Source of the DNA: Amphiscolops sp. MND2022
Lineage: Eukaryota
Direction of reading: 5' to 3'
Length of the DNA: 64,000 nt
Assembly: GCA_964187785.1 (NCBI GenBank)
Contig: OZ076409.1
Coordinates: forward strand, 31,870,001 to 31,934,000
Position numbers and translations under genes: made by a program. Every line of letters starts with the position of its first letter. Positions within the stretch are counted from its first letter, which is position 1. The notes under the pieces were generated by a model. That model was not told the DNA's origin, did not search any database, and saw only the letters and a program-made list of their open reading frames with translations. Shown here piece by piece: positions 1-12,893 of this stretch.

Positions 1-415
1 AGAGCTCCAACTGCTTAAAAAGGAAGAATCTTATTCTTTCTGGAAAACACAGTTCGGAAAAAAATATTTCGCTCTGAAACCACAGTGGCTTCCTTTTGGA
101 CTAAAATTGTATTGAGGTTATTTCCAGATGATGAAGCATTATAATCTACATTCTTTCACAATGCGTTTGTTTTCACGTGCAAAATTCAGTCAAGCATTCC
201 TCAACCACATTGCGTTTCTTTTCACATGATTAAACTTAACAATTCTAAAAAAAATTTTTAACAGCATGATTTTGAAATCCTGTGGCACTTCAATGAATGC
301 CGTGCATGAAAGCCATCAGATTGCTTTCACTTTGAGGTGCAAACGCAACCAAAAAAATTTTCAAAAAGTCAGTAATTTCAAGTCTTAAACGGGTAAGTAA
401 TGAAATTGTGCTTAC

Positions 416-3052
416 CTTCTGAGGTATTATACATTCGTTTTTGGCTTCGAAAGGTGTTTTCGGATTTCTTTCTTCTAGTTTAGTCAATTTGGCATACGAT
501 GCTTCAATGCTTCTAGTTACATTCTTCGGTTTCCGTGGTTGTTTAGGAGCTTTCGCTTCTATGTCAGTAGTTTTGTTTTTCTCAACTTTGCTAGATTGGA
601 TTTGCGATGATTTTGTTGAGATCCTCGGTTCCGTGTCCCCGTCTTTGCGTAACGGGTTAGAAGCTTTCTCTTCTGTGTCAGTAGGTTTGTTTTTCTCAAC
701 TTTGCTAGATTGGTTTTGCGATGATTTTGTTGAGATTCTCGGTTCCGTGTCCCCGTCTTTGCGTAACGGGTTAGGAGCCTTCTCTTCTGTGTCAGTCGTT
801 TTGTTTTTCTCAACTTTGCTAGATTGGTTTTGCGATGATTTTGTTGAGATCCTCGGTTCCGTGTCCCCGTCTTTGCGTAACGGGTTAGGAGCCTTCTCTT
901 CTGTGTCAGTAGTTTTGTTTTTCTCATTTTTGCTAGATTGGTTTTGCGATGATTTTGTTGAGATCCTCTGTTCCGTGTCCCCCGCAACGTTGTGTAATGG
1001 GTTAGGAGCCTTCTCTTTTGTGTCAGTAGTTTTGTTTTTCTCAACTTTGCTAGATTGGTTTTGCGATGATTTTGTTGAGATCCTCGGTTCCGTGTCCCCG
1101 TCTTTGCGTAACGGGTTAGGAGCCTTCTCTTCTGTGTCAGTAGTTTTGTTTTTCTCAACTTTGCTAGATTGGATTTGCGATGATTTTGTTGAGATCCTCG
1201 GTTCCGTGTCCCCGTCTTTGCGCAACGGGCTAGGAGCCTTCTCTTCTGTGTCAGTAGGTTTGTTTTTCTCAACTTTGCTAGATCGTTTTTGCGATGATTT
1301 TGTTGAGATCCTCGGTTCCGTGTCCCCGTCTTTGCGTAACGGGTTAGGAGCCTTCTCTTCTGTGTCAGTAGTTTTGTTTTTCTCAACTTTGCTAGATTGG
1401 TTCTGCGATGATTTTGTTGAGATCCTCGGTTCCGTGTCCCCGTCTTTGCGTAACGGGTTAGGAGCTTTCTCTTCTGTGTCAGTAGTTTTATTTTTCTCAT
1501 TTTTGCTAGATTGGTTTTGCGATGATTTTGTTGAGATCCTCGGTTCCGTGTCCCCGTCTTTGCGTAACGGGTTAGGAGCCTTCTCTTCTGTGTCAGTAGT
1601 TTTGTTTTTCTCATTTTTGCTAGATTGGTTTTGCGATGATTTTGTTGAGATCCTCGGTTCCGTGTCCCCGTCTTTGCGTAACGGGTTAAGAGCCTTCTCT
1701 TCTGTGTCAGTAGTTTTGTTTTTCTCTTTTTTGCTAGATTGGTTTTGCGATGATTTTGTTGAGATCCTCTGTTCTGTGTCCCCCGCAACGTTGTGTAATG
1801 GGTTAGGAGCTTTTTCTACTGTGTCCACTGCGTTTTGTATCTCAATGTTGATAGATTCGTTGCATGATTGCAATGACACAGGCTGAAGTGGAATTGTGAG
1901 GTTCTTCGCACTAAGATTGGGATACAAATTGGAAACCTCTTTCGCTGGAACTTCAGATTCTTTTCCTTTTCTTTGCGTTGTTGATGCAACTCTTTTTTCT
2001 GAATCACCGGGTTTTTCTTTTTCAGGTCCAGACTGTTTGAAGAGAGTTTCCAGTTTCTTCTTCCTTGTCACTGTTATGAAGGGCTCGTCCACCTTACGAG
2101 ATATTTTGTTTTTGGAATCAGCGGCCTCAATATTATCTATATTATTTTTTGTTCCCGAAGCTTGTGGGTTTCGTCTCCATTCTGCATGAGGAAAACCATA
2201 ATCATAACGCAACTCCTCACCTGTGAATATGAACGGATACACAAGAATGATCAATTGATATTTTTTCTTTTAATTGTCTTACAAAAATGACTTTTTGGTG
2301 AAAACTTCGGCAATAGGTAGTGTTTTTCAATTTTCAGATGCCCCGTTAAGGCCGTGTAAAATTAAGGCCGTTTACGATACCAGAGTTGGTGGGACATACA
2401 TTCCACTTTTTACTGAGCATTGGTGGTACCTCATACAAAACACAGTGCAAAATGCCTGGAATTTGCTAAGAAACCGTTACGGCCGTGTAAAATGATAACT
2501 TGGTACTTCCAAGTGTGTATTACTGAAAACCGTTCAATATATCGTTACGCTTTGATCAACACTTGCTGGGACACTGATACCTTTTTCACTGGAACTTGGT
2601 GGGACTCACACTCAGTGCCTTAAATGGCCTTCTGTCTTGTAAAAAAAATCAAACTAACCAGACTGAATCGGGCGAGTTGCCAGGAAGATGCAATGGTTTC
2701 TACCTTGGTCATCAGTGACCTTCTTCATCCGACAGTTAGCAGCCACTGCTCTGTCCTTGTCGTTGATGAATCGAGCCATTCCTGAATTCTTTTCGTCAGA
2801 AGTGTCAATGAATACCGCTTGTTTCCCTTCTTGCAGTTCCATCACATAGTCGAAGTTGGACGTTTTTGTTGTACTTCTCGGTCCCCAGTAAGTGAGCAAA
2901 AATTCTTTGTCGTCAAAACTTCTGTTAGCGAAAAGCCCTCGCCCCGTGGCCCCGTTTGCAAACTGTACAGTTTTCACTTGGAAGCCTTCTGGGTCTGAGT
3001 AAAGAAAAGAGCTCCAGGGCTCTGCTTTCCGGGCAGCACTTCTTGTTGACAT
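416..3052 (-). CDS. SET-domain lysine methyltransferase, SETD8/PR-Set7-like, with long repetitive C-terminal tail; exons 3052-2659 and 2220-416 (may read through to the stop at 290 or continue left of the window)
   Basis: Exon 1 has GRGLFA..F...EFLLTYWG and ARFIND..ANCRMK..HCIFLATRPIQS. A phase-1 GTTAGT donor at 2658 joins a TTCACAG acceptor at 2221 to rebuild the C-terminal SET motif GEELRYDYG..W. A GTAAG donor lies at 415. Confidence 0.85.
560..1815 (-). repeat. Coding tandem repeat, 11 x 114 bp (38 aa; two 117-bp variants)
   Basis: Unit KNKTTDTEEKAPNPLRKDGDTEPRISTKSSQNQSSKVE; ISTKSS occurs 11 times. Confidence 0.95.
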
Positions 3053-3419
3053 TCAAGTCCTAGAAAGTTACGTTTAAAGAAGTCCTGACAGACAAGAAAT
3101 CGTTTCTAACCCCATCTCACTAGTGAACTCGATGTACATTTGTAAGCTTACAAAACATTGAATTAAAAAACCACTCCGAAGAAATGCTTTAATTACGAAA
3201 GACCATTAGTACAACTGATACTTCCAGATTCTGTAAGGTAGTAACAATTGATTTAAGCAAAAACAAAGTTACACGTAGCCTACAAGTCGGAAGAATCATT
3301 GAGCAAATTCAGAGTTGAGGCTGAATTTTTTGCCTCACTTGTTCTCTTGAATTCTCAAAATCCACAACATTTGTACATTCATCATAAGAAACTTTCGATT
3401 TTTTTCTATACCTTGTATA

Positions 3420-3818
3420 CAGAGGTATGACAGCGATAGCGACAATTCAGCATGAATTAGCGATAGCGATAGTTAGCGACAAATTAAAGCGTTAGCGAAC
3501 ATTTTTTCAACTAGAAATTCAAAATTAACTAATGCAAAAAATTATTGCGAATAACTTGACACATCATTTTGGCTTTTTCCTTTCGAACAGTTATTCGATG
3601 AGCCCGGCTTTGTAGGCGAAGTACAATTTGCCCAAAACTTCAAAATTTATTAATTTTAAAGTACATTCTGAAATTTTCATATGATCTTTCTGAAAATCAG
3701 GTTTTTAAAATAGTGATAGCGTTAGCGAACCACCCATTTTGTTGTAGCGATAGCGATGAAATCAAGCCATTAGCGATGTTAGCGATTTGCGATAAAATTG
3801 TTAGCGATCACACCTCTG
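3420..3818. mobile_element. hAT-type MITE
   Basis: Ends CAGAGGT...ACCTCTG, subterminal TAGCGA repeats, 8-bp TSD cttgtata/ctggtata. Confidence 0.75.
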
Positions 3819-4008
3819 CTGGTATAGTATTTACTACGTAAGTGAAAAAAGTAAGAAAAAGTGCTCAGTAAGTAAAAAACACATGACACTAAATAAAGAA
3901 AGCAAACTGTTTGCATGTTCATCAGTCAATAAAGAGCCGAAAATCAAGTTTTGAAACTGAAATTGAAGACTTCCTCAAGCTGCACTTTCTGGACTCTGTT
4001 GTTTCTCC

Positions 4009-7000
4009 TCAACGTTGTAGCCACTCCTCAATTACATCCCAATGCAAGTCGCTGACAGTTGCTGCATAGCGATACAAGAACTCTGCCCAGGGATTTTCCA
4101 GCGGAAATTCTTTACCAGTTGGTCGCTCATCAGCTTTTATGATCTGCAGCATCTCACGCATGGCGGCTTTCGTGATAGGACTCACGCGGTTTTTATTAGC
4201 CCATTCCATGTAGAGCTGCATCACTATCAAACCTGGGAAGTTTGGGAACAAGAAACGTCTTGCCAAACCTGCGTCTAGCTCCTTCTTGAAGGCTAGGGCA
4301 CTCTGGTGGAGGTGAGTTTCCATAATGAAGTTACACGCATAAGCAATGCTATCAACAGGGGTGTGAACAAAGTGAATCCACTGGCTTGGTAAGAAGATAG
4401 CGTCTCCTTCTTCTACCACAATATGATAGCATGTGACATCTCGATGGAAACCGAAGAAAGTGGAGCTGAAAACAACATTAATCAAAGTTGAGAGAACTAA
4501 CTTCTACTTTAAACATCGGAAATTTTCTAAGAAGTTTCAGCCCCTTGAAGGTATCTTGTAACTCGTGAAAAGCAAACCCTTTTTTGGAAATATCTTCAGT
4601 CATAACCTTCAGCTTTTAACAGTTGATGACAACAATCACATAACCAATTACAACTTAACAATAAGGAAAAAGATCACAATTATTAATCTAAACTGAAGTA
4701 AAAACTGAGTTTTCCTTTTTACAAACCTTTTCCATTCACTCTCTCGCCATTCGTCAAAACGCTGTTGGGCTTTCTGGGTTGGCTCCACGATGAAAAATTC
4801 TTTCCTTCCCTTCAACAAAAAGTAAAAAACAGAAGTTCCGGTGAAATCCTGATGCCAATCCGTCTGTGCTTCCTGTTCAGTCATCAAGAGGTAATTGCTG
4901 ATGCCAGCAGTGAAGTCAAACTCTTCTCGGATTGAGGGATCCATTCTTGAGGTGTAAGTATGACCCAGAGAATATTCTTTTATCAAGTTTGGAATCGAAA
5001 ATGTGTGTTTCATTGTCCTCTGATGCGGACCAATGTCAAGGTCGATGATGTTCATTGGATGAAGATCTTGCTCGCGGAATGAGTCTTCATGATGCCCCAA
5101 AAAACTTGCCAAGGTCATATTGTTCTCCACTTCCTGGAGTGCTGAAAAACACACATTTACTTTCCTGCTGCAAGGGATTCCCTCAGTTATTTTACGGAAG
5201 GTACCGTGTATGGCACTAGGAACAACAAGACCAGGAAGTTTGCCCCTAGCTTGTCTCAAAACTACAGGACATGGTGTACTTCTCGTCATTCGGTTCTTGA
5301 AATCCTGGCGGTTGTTGACAGTGAAACTTTGGGTGACTGGTACTTTCCCTCGAATTAAATCCAAAAACTTTTTTGAACCAACTTTGGAACGATTGTGTGA
5401 ACCCCATTTGAAGGAATCTAAATACGGCAGTTCAATTTCCGGTATCTTTTGTTTTTCTTCAAGAGCAGTCTCTTCAAGAGCAATCTCTCCTCCGGGAGCA
5501 GTCTCTTCTTCAGGAGCAGTCTCTTCTTCAAGAGCAATCTCTCCTCCGGGAGCAGTCTCTTCTTCAGTAGCAGTCTCTTCTTCACGAGCAGTCTCTTCAC
5601 GAGCAGTCTCTTCTTCACGAGCAGTCACTTCACGAGCAGTCTCTTCTTCACGAGCAGTTTCTCTTTCTCTAGGAGGGGTTACTAATTCGGGAGGAAACAC
5701 TTCACCAGAAGCAATTACTTCTTCAAAAGTAACTGTTTCACCGAAAAGTTCTCCTAGGGGAGGAACAGACTGTTGCCTTTCAGGGCTAACTCTGGGTGTC
5801 CTGTCGAGAGAAGTTGTTGCAGCATCGGATTCGGGAGAAGGTACATCATCTCCGGTTACATCAACAGGAACATCTACTGGAGTTGTAATACACGATGTGG
5901 TTCTAGTTTGCAGAGCTCTACATTGTTTGTTTGTTTGTCGATGACGGAGCAAATCGAAATGTCTCGTTAGTATCTTCCCACAAGAATTGCATTCGAATGA
6001 GCCCTTCTGACGTTCTGAAACAAGTTTTAGTTGATACGTTATTAAAGACTTTCATCTATATATTTATCTGAATTTGTTTTCCCGTAGAATTTTTTAGGTT
6101 TGTGATTTGTTTATATCACTTTAAATGCGTTTGATTCTTTCATTGGTATGAGTCTTCAATGTATTCAATTCATCAATATCTTGATAATTCTGGCATGACT
6201 GGGTGTTAGGCCGTGCTTCAATAGTTACAATACCGTGGGGACCAAAACGCACTTGGTGGGACATGGACCTGCTTTTTTACAACATGTCACTCAATCAACC
6301 ATCAGTACAAAAACCTATAAACGGTAATCAGTGAATACCAATAAGACTTTTTGTTCCGGTGATCAATATAAATACATATCATTTCCAGGAAACTTCTTCA
6401 CTTGTTTATGCAAAGCCGGCTTAGTGGGACATAGACCCCTTTTTTAAAAGGCCTTGGTGGGACATAAAAGTTGAGAGCCGCTATGAAACATTTTTACGCC
6501 ATTATAAACAGCCCCGTTATAAACAGCTGACCGTGTTTGTTCACTAAACTGTTTGAGTCGAAAAATAATTATATCTGTTTAAAAATATTTATTTAAAAAT
6601 ACTTATTTTTACAACCTTGCATAGACCCCACTTTTTACTAGGCCTTGGTGGGACATAAAATGTATATTCATGTACTTCTTTATTGGATTTATTATATGAT
6701 TATCAATTGTAAGTGTTTTCCACGTATTGAATGATTTTGTACTCATGTTTTTTATTTCAAACACTTTATCAGGATCTTTTCTGTTTACCAAAGCCAACCC
6801 CCCTCACAGTAAGAGCGAAAATTGTAATTTTCCCCAGAATCAACGATGAGTTTTATTCAGGTGCAGTTAGAGTTACAATAGTGTAAGAAAAGAACTGAAC
6901 CCTTATTTGTGAGAAATAATTTGGACTGCATGTAAACATAGCAAGGATAAATTGAATATTTAAGATAATGGGCATAATCGCCTTAGTTAGCAGATTCTCG

Positions 7001-10000
7001 TGATTATAATTTTATCGGTTAAAAATCTAAAACCGAAAGCATAATTCCCAATCTTTGCGAAAAATAGCTGTGTCCCACGTATTAAGATAGTAAATAAAAT
7101 GTAATAGAAGAGAACCCCTTTCAAAAACTATAAAATACCAATTACATTAATGTAAAAAAATGAATGGCTTCAGTAAATGAAGAAGTGTCTGCCAAATAAA
7201 TAAAAGTTCCAAATTAGGTGCCAAATGTTACAAAATTGTCCAAAATGATGTCCCCTATGCCAATTCAGTAGTAAATACAATCAATCAAAAATGAAATTAA
7301 GAAGTTTCTTCATTATTTGCAAACTTACATTTCAAGTGCCCAACAAAATTTCAGAATGTTTGTTTATTTGATTTTCAAATAACTTGGATGATAGCAGAAA
7401 TCAGAGCTAGTTTTGTTTTGGTCCAATTCTTTTTTTACAAATAAGGGTTCAGTTTATTTCTTACACTATTGTATAAATATTTTTTATTACAAATATTATT
7501 ATTAATACTACTATTTCAATGATAATTTCACTTGACCTCTTAACTGGGGGTATTAAATTGGTGGGGGAACCAGGGGTTGGTAATTTTGTATTGCAATGCA
7601 ATACAAGCCTACCAATTAATAATTTTTGTGCTAACAGAAAAGATCCCTTCATCATTTTCAAATGTCAATTATCACGTTCAAGCGCCACTTCATTCGTAAC
7701 AGTGTGGTATGAGGCGCGGCGCGGAATGTATACATGTACTGTGTATATATATTCCAATTACTTTACTGTGAATAGGGGACTATGGCTCAGAGCAACAGCT
7801 TCCGCTTGTCAGATCACCAAAGTTAAACACTTGGCAGGCGGAGGCGTTTGATATGTGTAACATATCTGTAGATATCTATGGATAGGTCTCAGATATCAAC
7901 TATATCAACGGCTGGCTCTGAGCAAATGTCCCCATTTTGAAAAATGTTGAAAATCATTTTTGAAATGAAACACTGTACTATTTCAATAAGCGCCAAGAAT
8001 GACCAAGAATGGTTCACTCTGTAACCGAGAAAGTGTGCAAAAAGTGCTCAACGGCGAGAAAAAAATGAAAACTCGGCAATTTATTGTACAATAAATGTAT
8101 TAATTAATGTTGTTTGAAAGTTAGAGTATTTAATGAAAATGCCAGTCAAAGTAATGCATTTATTGAATGTAGGATATCCATTAATAATGTATTCTTTTAA
8201 TGCAAATCCCTGATCGCAACTCCATTGCTCAAAATAGCGAATTTGAAACTCAAATATCTTTAAAATTGTCAGCTACAAAAGTTTCTTAGACTTTTATCTA
8301 ATTTACAAAAATGTTTGTTTGAAAATTCTGCGAGAAAAATTACAAAAGTTAGAAATACGAAAATTTGACAAAATTTCAGGATCTTTACTGGTAATCCCCC
8401 CACCACGTTAAGCAGCCAAGAGAAATTATCATTGAATAAATATTAACAACCAATGGAATTGCAGTATTTTATAGCTCTAACTGCAACTGAAACTCATCAC
8501 TGATAGTGGTGGGGAATTAAACTTCCGAGCTTACTTTGGGGGAGGGGGGAATAACAGAAAAGATACAATTTTCATCAAATTTGCACTTTTTCTTGATTTT
8601 CACAAAGTTAAAAATATTTTTGGAAAAATTTCTATCCATCGTTTGCCCGCAAGTCTCCTGCGGATGCTGATATGGTTTCATTGAAAATTTTTTCTATTTA
8701 AAATAAAAATCGGTACTTTCCTAATGGACCGGACAATTGAAAAACCATTCCTAATAGACCGGACGCACTCTATAGAGACCGTACAATCAGTTCATTGACT
8801 TAAAGACTCCGGTTTCAGGAAAGTACCTAAAAATCATCAATTCTCTAAATACAATTCAAACTTTCATTGAAATAGCAACGCGGTGTGATTTTGTGTAATT
8901 TCTTGTGAAATAGCAACGCAGTGTGATTTTGAGCAGTTTCTTATGAAATAGCAACGCGGTGTGATTTTGAGTAATTTCATCTGAAATAGCAACGCGGTGT
9001 GATTTTCGAGTAACTTCGGTGAAATAGCAACGCGATGTGATTTTCGAGTAACTTCGGTGAAATAGCAACGCGATGTGATTTTCGACTACCTTCGGTGAAA
9101 TAGCAACGCGATGTGATTTTCGAGTAACTTATTGAAATAGCAACGCGATGTGATTTTCGAGTAACTTTGTTGAAGCAATAAGATTAAAAGCAAATTTTAG
9201 TTGTTCATTTTCAAGGCGCTATGGCCAAATAGTTAGTGCGCTAGCTTTCGAACCATAAGGTCTTGGGTGCGATTCCCGGACAGGTAAAATATTTCCTATT
9301 TCGGAAATAAGATCTAAATATTTTTCTTGATTTCAGTAAAATAACTTCGAGAAAAGGCCTTGCTATTTGTGTTACTGTTGTTTGCAATTAATTGTTGTCA
9401 AATATTATTTAATTATTTCGTTCTTTTTGCCGCTTTACATTTAATAATTTGATTGCTTTGTCATCATTGTGGGTTCGAAACTTGGCCTCGAATAATCAAG
9501 TATTTACTGCTTCTATTTTTGACTCTCAAAACGATCTATAGAGCAGCTTTTCCTATAGCTAATTTCAAACTTCGGTGAAATAGCAACGCGATGTGATTTT
9601 CGAGTAACTTCGGTGAAATAGCAACGCGATGTGATTTTCGAGTAACTTCATTGAAATAGCAACGCGATGTGGTTTTCCCCAGTGAATTTCATTGAAATAG
9701 TAATGCGGCGTGATTTTCAGTCAATTAAAGTGAAATAGCAACGCGATGTGATTTCGAGTTTTTTCTAATGGGGGCCTATTCATACAGCAGAAAATAAAGC
9801 AGCATAAAGAAGCATCCTGATGGGAATGAATATAAAAACTATTGTTGCGTTTGCAATACGATTGAAATAATCTAGACGGGGAGACATTTTTGTGTTGTCT
9901 TTTGTTGTTTAAGGGTTCAAAGACGCCACTAAAGACGCCCTGTACTGTATTATAATGATTTATAACATCGATATTTTAACAAGATAACAAGATATATTGA

Positions 10001-11594
10001 AGAAAAAGGATCTATTTTTAGCTCAACGTAGTTCATCTAGACACTATCATGAGTCTTATATGTACTGCATTTTATATAAACCTCAGGAAAGTGCTAGTCG
10101 AAATATGTCAAATCAAGTTTAATTTGGATATTGTTTGCTAATGGCTCCCGCGAACTTATTTCCCTTTTCTCACTTAAAAGTTTTGGATTTTCAGCGTAGT
10201 CGTTTTTTCACTGTTTTGTCAGAGGAATTATCCCAGCTTACTGATAAAGGGCCACAGTATCCCATTTAGTTTTGGTAATGGTCACGAGTTTGCTTAAATT
10301 CATTTTGGATAGAGCCATTTTACGTGTTGACCGGGATTTTAGAAGTGAAAGTCAAGTTGTTCATGCAGCGTGACAACCTTCATTTTCCAATCAATGATCA
10401 CCTTTTCTTGTTCACACAAGCGTGGAACGAACCTGACTTCATAGTTTTTGTTTGAAACATTCGAAAGCTTAGATTCAATAATTGATTAATTTCCGTGAAG
10501 GTGGCAATTTTCTGCAAACACTCTGGGGACAGATAAATTTTCCTGTGAGTGGGGTGGGGGGGGGGTATTAGCAAACAAGATCCGTTAATTTATATCAATA
10601 ATCAGAAATTCTTCAATTGTAACACGACGAATTTCGTCTCGGTGCAAAACTGGGGCTATACTGTAGTGTTCATATCGTTTTCATATAGTACCAGTGCGGC
10701 GCCGAGCAACATCACCGTCCAAGTTAATAAACCACTTGACTTGAAATATTTCACTTGAAAGGAAAGTATTCGATGCCTATTCTGATTGAGTGAGACAGTA
10801 CCAAGTTCATTCAGTTTTATACTGTTATGTTTTATTTTCTTTTTCAAATATTACATTATTTTCTCACTCAAAATGCTCCTGATTTTAATTTACCCAACGT
10901 TTACGAAACCAGAGTTGGTGGGACATAGACCCCACTTTTTACTAGGCCTTGGTGGGACGGAAATAAGGTAAAGTCACTAGTTAAAAAAATAAACTAGTAA
11001 AAATTACATTGTCAAGAATTCACAAGAAAAGAACTCACTGGGTTCTGGTGAATACAAGTCGGATGCCTCAATTCCTCGCTCTCTGATTTCTTGCTGACGT
11101 CTCAAACAAGTGTTTTTTGACAGGTGTTGCTTGAGTTTTCCAGTGCTGGCGCAAATCAGACCGCATTCAGGACAAGTACAGCGATGAATACTCAAAGTTT
11201 TCCGTTGTTGATGAGCTAAAACAGAATGAAGTTAATATCTCTAGATCTTCAAATAACATAAGATCAAAGAGCATAAAAATGGAATTAGTTCAAATTTTAA
11301 ATGGCAAAGCATGAGTTACATAGAAAACACTACTTTGGGCCTCACCTATGATAGCATGAAAAAGGAAAACAATAGTCAACAACGTTTTCTTTTTGTTTGT
11401 TTCATTCGGGGTTTAAACTAAAACTTTTCCCCAAAACTTGGCTTCAAAAAATTTCGAAATTTCTCATTTTGAAAATATTTTTCAAATCCAACATAATATC
11501 TGAACTCACCAAGGCATGTAGATTGATGACGCGTGTAGAACCATTGCTTGTTGGAATCAAACTCTTTGAAGCAGTGGATACAAGTGAAGGTCAT
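4009..11594 (-). CDS. Three C2HC zinc fingers + acidic repeat + KDM2/KDM7(PHF8)-type JmjC demethylase; exons 11594-11510, 11215-11039, 6014-4727, 4465-4009 (668 aa)
   Basis: JmjC motifs TDWHQDFTGTSVFY..LKGRKEF and GDAIFLPSQWIHFVHTPVDS (HxD..H triad). All three introns are GT-AG and phase-compatible (1,1,2). Each of the first three exons carries a Cx2C..H..C finger. The link across the 5-kb intron is inferred. Confidence 0.75.
5455..5665 (-). repeat. Coding 15/18-bp repeat (EETAR/EETAP, acidic)
   Basis: GAGCAGTCTCTTC units repeated. Confidence 0.85.
7775..7933 (+). repeat. 5S rRNA-derived repeat with GGGGAC...GTCCCC ends (other copies 22304-22444, 32105-32265, 36321-36454, all minus)
   Basis: Core CTYGTYAGATCACCRAAGTTAAACA resembles 5S CTCGTCCGATCACCGAAGTTAAGCA; ends are inverted. 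Confidence 0.55.
8868..9170 (+). repeat. 37-38 bp minisatellite GAAATAGCAACGCGRTGTGATTTTCGAGTAACTTCGGT (also 9575-9758, 22990-23125, 27497-27630, 35147-35270, 46626-46773, 49007-49110)
   Basis: Direct tandem copies at seven loci, in both orientations. Confidence 0.9.
9215..9285 (+). pseudogene. tRNA-derived SINE head / tRNA pseudogene
   Basis: GGCGCTATGGCCAAATAGTTA A-box-like, GGGTGCGATTCCC B-box-like; acceptor stem does not pair. Confidence 0.55.
10898..10965 (+). repeat. GGTGGGAC-cluster dispersed element (representative copy; more than 12 copies in the window)
   Basis: Consensus CGTTTACGAAACCAGAGTTGGTGGGACATAGACCCC..TTTTACTAGGCCTTGGTGGGAC(GGGCATTARGTGGGACATAAAAGGTGGGAC). Confidence 0.85.
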
Positions 11595-11727
11595 TCTGGA
11601 ATCTGCAATCTAGGTCTTTTATTGAAGGTGGTAGAAAGTTTACCAAATGTCTACTACTGCACGGGACAAATGTTCAACACAAACTGAACCTGAAACTGTA
11701 ACTTGACTTCGTCTCAGCAGCTCAAGA

Positions 11728-11795
11728 TCGACCAATCACGTTAGCCGGATTTTGGTTGATCAACCAATCACAATAGCCGAAATTTGGCAGATTGG
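11728..11795 (-). promoter_or_regulatory. CCAAT-box cluster upstream of the ZnF-JmjC gene
   Basis: Two CCAATCAC..TAGCCG units plus an ATTGG, 130-200 bp upstream of ATG 11594. Confidence 0.45.
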
Positions 11796-12824
11796 AAAAA
11801 GATGATGTATGCTGGTGTTTGATGAGCAGGGCGACCAAATAATAACGTAAAAATTACAAAAGTTGATTTGACGATTTGTAGAAAAAAAAAGACTTTATAT
11901 TGACTTTGTGAAAAACATTTGTCGAATCATGCGGTCGCAGGGGGGATAAGACACATGGTTCAAATACCATTGTCGACATCGTTTGCGTTGAAACTTTGAT
12001 CAAGAAAACAATTGATGTCGACATAATTGTATACATTACATTGATTGTCAAAATAATGATTTAAAAATAATTTTTGCCTAAATAATTCCAATAAATACAA
12101 TCAAAGTATTTTAATGGAACGCGAAAAAAAATACAAATAACTTACTTTCTCTCTGATAAAATACAAATAATTTATTTTTAGTGTCAAATAATTTTACCAG
12201 AAGAACAGTGTGCATAGGAAATATTTTTTGGCATCCCTCGGAGTTAAACAGATGGTCCCATTTGACTATGAGCCAAAAATCATTTACTGAGTACAATGAT
12301 TAAACATAGGATTGAAATAGTTAGAGAGATTTTCAGGCGAAAAGTTTCAATCATTTGCCAAGAGAGGGTGGGTTTATCTTTTAATTCCTTAGAATGTTTG
12401 TCACACTCATAATTCCCGTTTTTTACTTGATGATACTTCAAATTGATTTCAAAGATAATTTATTGAGGGAATGTATTTCATTGATATATTCAAACTTCTA
12501 ATGAATACAAGACGATTTCAATTCTTGAGCTGTTTTGATGAATGAACTGGGTTTCAATTTTGAAAACACATATTATAAAGATATTGAGAGTCGCGAGGAT
12601 CGGTTAAAGGAGATAGGGCAAGAATGTATTGTAATTTGCAATTTTTAGTCCCAATAAATGATTATAGCGTATTCAAAATCATAGCAACATCGACTGAAAA
12701 AAAGATCAACTTTAATTATTAAAAACAAATAGCTATATACAAAGTTTTGAAAACGAAGTGTTCTTTTGAATAATGTTTGCAAAAGTGCATGTATAACCAA
12801 TTGGTGTTTTTGCAAAGATCGACT

Positions 12825-12893
12825 AATACCGAGTTTCGAACCCTTGACCTTGCGTTTATAATTCAAGCACTGTACCGATTAGGCTATAGTGTC
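12825..12893 (-). pseudogene. tRNA-derived SINE head
   Basis: Minus strand reads GACACTATAGCCTAATCGGTA...GGGTTCGAAACTC (A and B boxes). Confidence 0.5.

Noticed and set aside
441..1886. 481-aa plus-strand and 409-aa alternative-frame ORFs
   Set aside because: Shadows of a stop-free 114-bp repeat; only the 290-2254 frame completes the SET motif.
5120..5944. 274-aa plus-strand ORF
   Set aside because: Antisense shadow of the JmjC exon.
9215..9285. Functional tRNA-Arg(TCG)
   Set aside because: The acceptor stem does not pair and the copies are divergent; SINE head or pseudogene.
8868..9758. CRISPR-like array (constant ~24 bp plus variable ~13 bp)
   Set aside because: The variable parts are short and mutually homologous, the context is eukaryotic and there are no cas genes; it is a minisatellite.
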